Source: Fidelibacterota bacterium (lineage in GTDB: Bacteria > Fidelibacterota > Marinisomatia > Marinisomatales > SCKK01). Taken from it: DNA of 32,000 nt. Positions within the stretch are counted from its first letter, which is position 1; the number at the start of each line of letters is the position of its first letter. Both the position numbers and the translations under genes were made by a program. Below the pieces are notes generated by a model. That model saw only the letters and a program-made list of their open reading frames with translations, had not been told where the DNA came from and did not search any database. The stretch covers positions 8,075 to 40,074 of the forward strand of contig SCKK01000008.1 in NCBI GenBank assembly GCA_004124475.1. Direction: 5' to 3'. This document shows positions 29,678 to 32,000 of this stretch, one piece after another.

Positions 29678-31303
29678 TTAATACTTAATCCTATCCGGAA
29701 TTTCAGGATATTCCCCGGCGTTAATACGTGGTCGCACATCATTTTGTGATATTCCCCATCCTGTTAAATACACCAACCTTGCAATTTTTTCCGTTTTGGC
29801 GTAATCAATTTTATCTGCTGTGTCAGTGGGTTTGTGGTAATCCTTATGAACGCCTGCAAAGTAAAAGATGATGGGAATTCCATATTGAGCAAAGTTGTAG
29901 TGGTCACTTCGATAATAAAATCGGTTGGGATCATCAAGTGAATTGTACAAGTAATTAAGAAACAGGTTATCAATCTTTCCTGAAGCGTACTCATTGATCT
30001 CATGGAGATCTTCGCTGATCATATTTGAACCGATTATATAGACGCTGTCGGGGGCATTCCGACCGATCATATCGATATTTAGATCGGTAATTGTGTTATC
30101 GAGAGGAAGTAAAGGTTGAGTGGTATAAAACTTTGAGCCTAAGAGACCTTTCTCTTCTCCGGAGACGGCAAGAAACAAAAAACTTCGTTTTGGTGGTGTT
30201 GTATTCCATACAATTGCCTCGGCAATTTCCAACACTGCAGAAGTTCCAGTTCCATTATCATCCGCTCCGTGCCAGATAGAGCCTTTATCATCCACACCCA
30301 GATGGTCATAGTGAGCCGAAATAACAATCGTTTCATGCCCCACTTCCGGATCAACGCCCGGAAATAGTCCTGCCACATTTTGGGTAATGATACTTGTCTT
30401 TTCTATTTCAAGAATAAAGTGAACGTACCGGTCAGGGAGCTCCTGAGCATTCGATTTTCCATCATTTTCCAGCTCAGTTTGCAAATCTCGGAGAGAATTA
30501 CCGGTATTGGCAAGAATCCGATCTGCCGTTCTACTGCTGATAATAAAAAGGGGAACCGATTTTTCGGAGGAAGGTAGTAACATGGTTTCCCGTCGAAGCC
30601 AACGCCTCCATCGTTTGTATTTGTCTGAAAAGATCTCTCCCTTCTTAGGATTGGAGGCAACCAAAAGAGCAGCTACCTTTTTCTCTTTTGCTCTTTTCAA
30701 CTTTTCACGAATATCTGAATGATGAGTGTCTTCATCTCCCTTAAAAGTATCCTCGCTAATATCAGGTTCTCCATCGATGATCAGCACAATCTTGCTGGCG
30801 ACATCCACATTTGCATAATCGTCGTATTCGTATTCAGGCGCAGTAATTCCATAACCGGCGAACACCAAAGGAGCTTTAACCTCTAAACCGTTTACAATCC
30901 CCCGTGAAGAAGAAAAATAATCTTCTCTGTAACTAAATATTTCTTTTACGGTGCTACTCCCCTCTTGGTAGATAAGTGAAAATTGGGGATCACTCTTAAA
31001 CTTGATTTTCAACAGCTCATATTTTTGGAAATAAGATCCATCCGGATTTAATGAAGTAAGACCTAATCTTCTGAACTGTGAGGCGATATATTCTGCAGCT
31101 ATCTGTAAACCTTTTTCTCCTGTCTCCCGACCTTCCAAAGGATCGGAAGATAAAAATGTTATATGTGCACGCAGATCGTTTTGACTGATAGACTGGAGTC
31201 CCGTTTTCACCTCAGACACATCAAAGACGGGAGAGAAATAGATATCGCCCTGGCCGAATAGATGAAGGGGGATGATAAGCAGTGTGAGGATAATTCGTTT
31301 CAA
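29678..31303 (-). CDS. M28-family aminopeptidase with PA (protease-associated) domain
   Basis: Signal peptide. M28 metal-ligand blocks are present: SAHYDHLG, GADDNGTGTSAVLE, VSGEEKGLLGS, NIDMIG, SDHYNFAQYGIP and DYHKPTDT. TTG start. Confidence 0.85.
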   Translation of the reverse strand: MKRIILTLLIIPLHLFGQGDIYFSPVFDVSEVKTGLQSISQNDLRAHITFLSSDPLEGRETGEKGLQIAAEYIASQFRRLGLTSLNPDGSYFQKYELLKIKFKSDPQFSLIYQEGSSTVKEIFSYREDYFSSSRGIVNGLEVKAPLVFAGYGITAPEYEYDDYANVDVASKIVLIIDGEPDISEDTFKGDEDTHHSDIREKLKRAKEKKVAALLVASNPKKGEIFSDKYKRWRRWLRRETMLLPSSEKSVPLFIISSRTADRILANTGNSLRDLQTELENDGKSNAQELPDRYVHFILEIEKTSIITQNVAGLFPGVDPEVGHETIVISAHYDHLGVDDKGSIWHGADDNGTGTSAVLEIAEAIVWNTTPPKRSFLFLAVSGEEKGLLGSKFYTTQPLLPLDNTITDLNIDMIGRNAPDSVYIIGSNMISEDLHEINEYASGKIDNLFLNYLYNSLDDPNRFYYRSDHYNFAQYGIPIIFYFAGVHKDYHKPTDTADKIDYAKTEKIARLVYLTGWGISQNDVRPRINAGEYPEIPDRIKY

Positions 31304-31396
31304 ATCGATATAAAGTTAATGAGATGATGTGAAAGAAAAAAGGGTGGATGTCTCGAACCTATACGCTTTAATTTTCACCAGTGATCGGAGGATAAA

Positions 31397-32000
31397 ATGC
31401 AAGGATTGAATAATAAGATTGTTGTTGTAACTGGAGCGGGTCAGGGGATAGGGAAAGCTACAGCAATTCGGTTTGCCAATGAAGGTAGCAAAGTAGTAGT
31501 GGCGGAATATAATTCAACAACTGGGAAGGCTGTGTCTGACACGATTGCGGAAAGTGGTGAGAATTCGCTATTTGTTCAAGTGGACATCAGCAATAGAAAA
31601 AGCGTGCAGAAGATGGTTTCTGCGACGGTGAGGGAATTTGGAAGAATAGATGTCTTGGTAAATAATGCCGGTGTGATTGATGATGTTACACTGAAAAAGA
31701 TGACGGATGAGCAATTCGATCGGGTAGTCAATGTGAATATGAAAGGTACTTTTATTTGTACTCAAGAGGTAGCAACTATAATGCGGGAGCAAGAATACGG
31801 TGTTATATTAAATGCTGCCTCGGTAGTTGCCCTATATGGGAATTTTGGACAAACCAATTATGTGGCATCGAAAGCGGGTATTATTGGAATGACCAAGGTA
31901 TGGGCTCGGGAGTTAGGGAAATACAACATCCGTGTGAATGCTGTAGCGCCAGGATTTATTCAGACAGACATGGTAAAAGATATTCCCGAGGAAGTTTTAA
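31397..32000 (+). CDS. fabG: short-chain dehydrogenase/reductase, 3-oxoacyl-ACP reductase-like (3' end outside the window)
   Basis: This ORF is not in the supplied track because it runs off the window. I translated it by hand from the ATG at 31397, which has a GGAGG RBS. Motifs present: VVTGAGQGIGKA (TGxxxGxG), NNAG, the S...YVASKAG catalytic triad region and PGFIQTDM. Confidence 0.85.
   Translation, partial: MQGLNNKIVVVTGAGQGIGKATAIRFANEGSKVVVAEYNSTTGKAVSDTIAESGENSLFVQVDISNRKSVQKMVSATVREFGRIDVLVNNAGVIDDVTLKKMTDEQFDRVVNVNMKGTFICTQEVATIMREQEYGVILNAASVVALYGNFGQTNYVASKAGIIGMTKVWARELGKYNIRVNAVAPGFIQTDMVKDIPEEVL

Noticed and set aside
31568-31792. 74-aa minus-strand ORF near the window end.
   Set aside because: It is antisense to a hand-translated SDR/FabG-like gene with intact TGxxxGxG, NNAG and YxxxK motifs that runs off the window.

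Overview
This 32-kb window comes from a diderm (Gram-negative) bacterium with moderate GC content and frequent strong Shine-Dalgarno sites. The CarboxypepD_reg-type TonB-dependent receptor and the many peptide and amino-acid catabolic genes suggest an FCB-superphylum-like heterotroph, but the taxon cannot be determined from sequence alone. All calls rest on reading the supplied translations for motifs and reading the DNA by eye; no searches were run.

Gene order:
- A GT2 glycosyltransferase / radical SAM / flippase-like membrane operon (0.3-3.3 kb).
- A ~970-bp ORF-free gap.
- ggt (minus strand), a DUF1028 Ntn-hydrolase and thrC.
- A decayed stretch holding gene fragments.
- A 1127-aa TonB-dependent receptor (minus strand), then a rhodanese, an FmdB zinc-ribbon protein and hicAB.
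- A hairpin-dense intergenic field.
- A tightly packed 7-gene operon (15.1-22.7 kb).
- A DUF481 outer-membrane protein and a tryptophanase.
- An AT-rich accessory island (25.27-28.42 kb).
- An M19 dipeptidase, an M28 aminopeptidase (minus strand) and a partial FabG-like SDR.

Two regions stand out:
1. The 15.1-22.7 kb operon joins a canonical MotA/MotB stator to a divergent FliF-like ring protein and a FliG-like rotor protein. It also encodes a CpoB/YbgF-like TPR protein and two other secreted scaffold proteins. There is no export apparatus, no C-ring FliM/N and no rod, hook or filament gene in the window. This is a candidate stand-alone rotor-stator envelope machine.
2. In the 25.27-28.42 kb island, three relics of the 3' end of an N6-adenine DNA methyltransferase / type IIG-like gene bracket a HEPN-like ORF, a caspase/CHAT-like ORF and a RAYT-type HUH transposase. 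The transposase is flanked by perfect palindromes.

Several families of short palindromic (REP-like) elements also populate the intergenic DNA. One of them appears as an insertion polymorphism between repeat copies.
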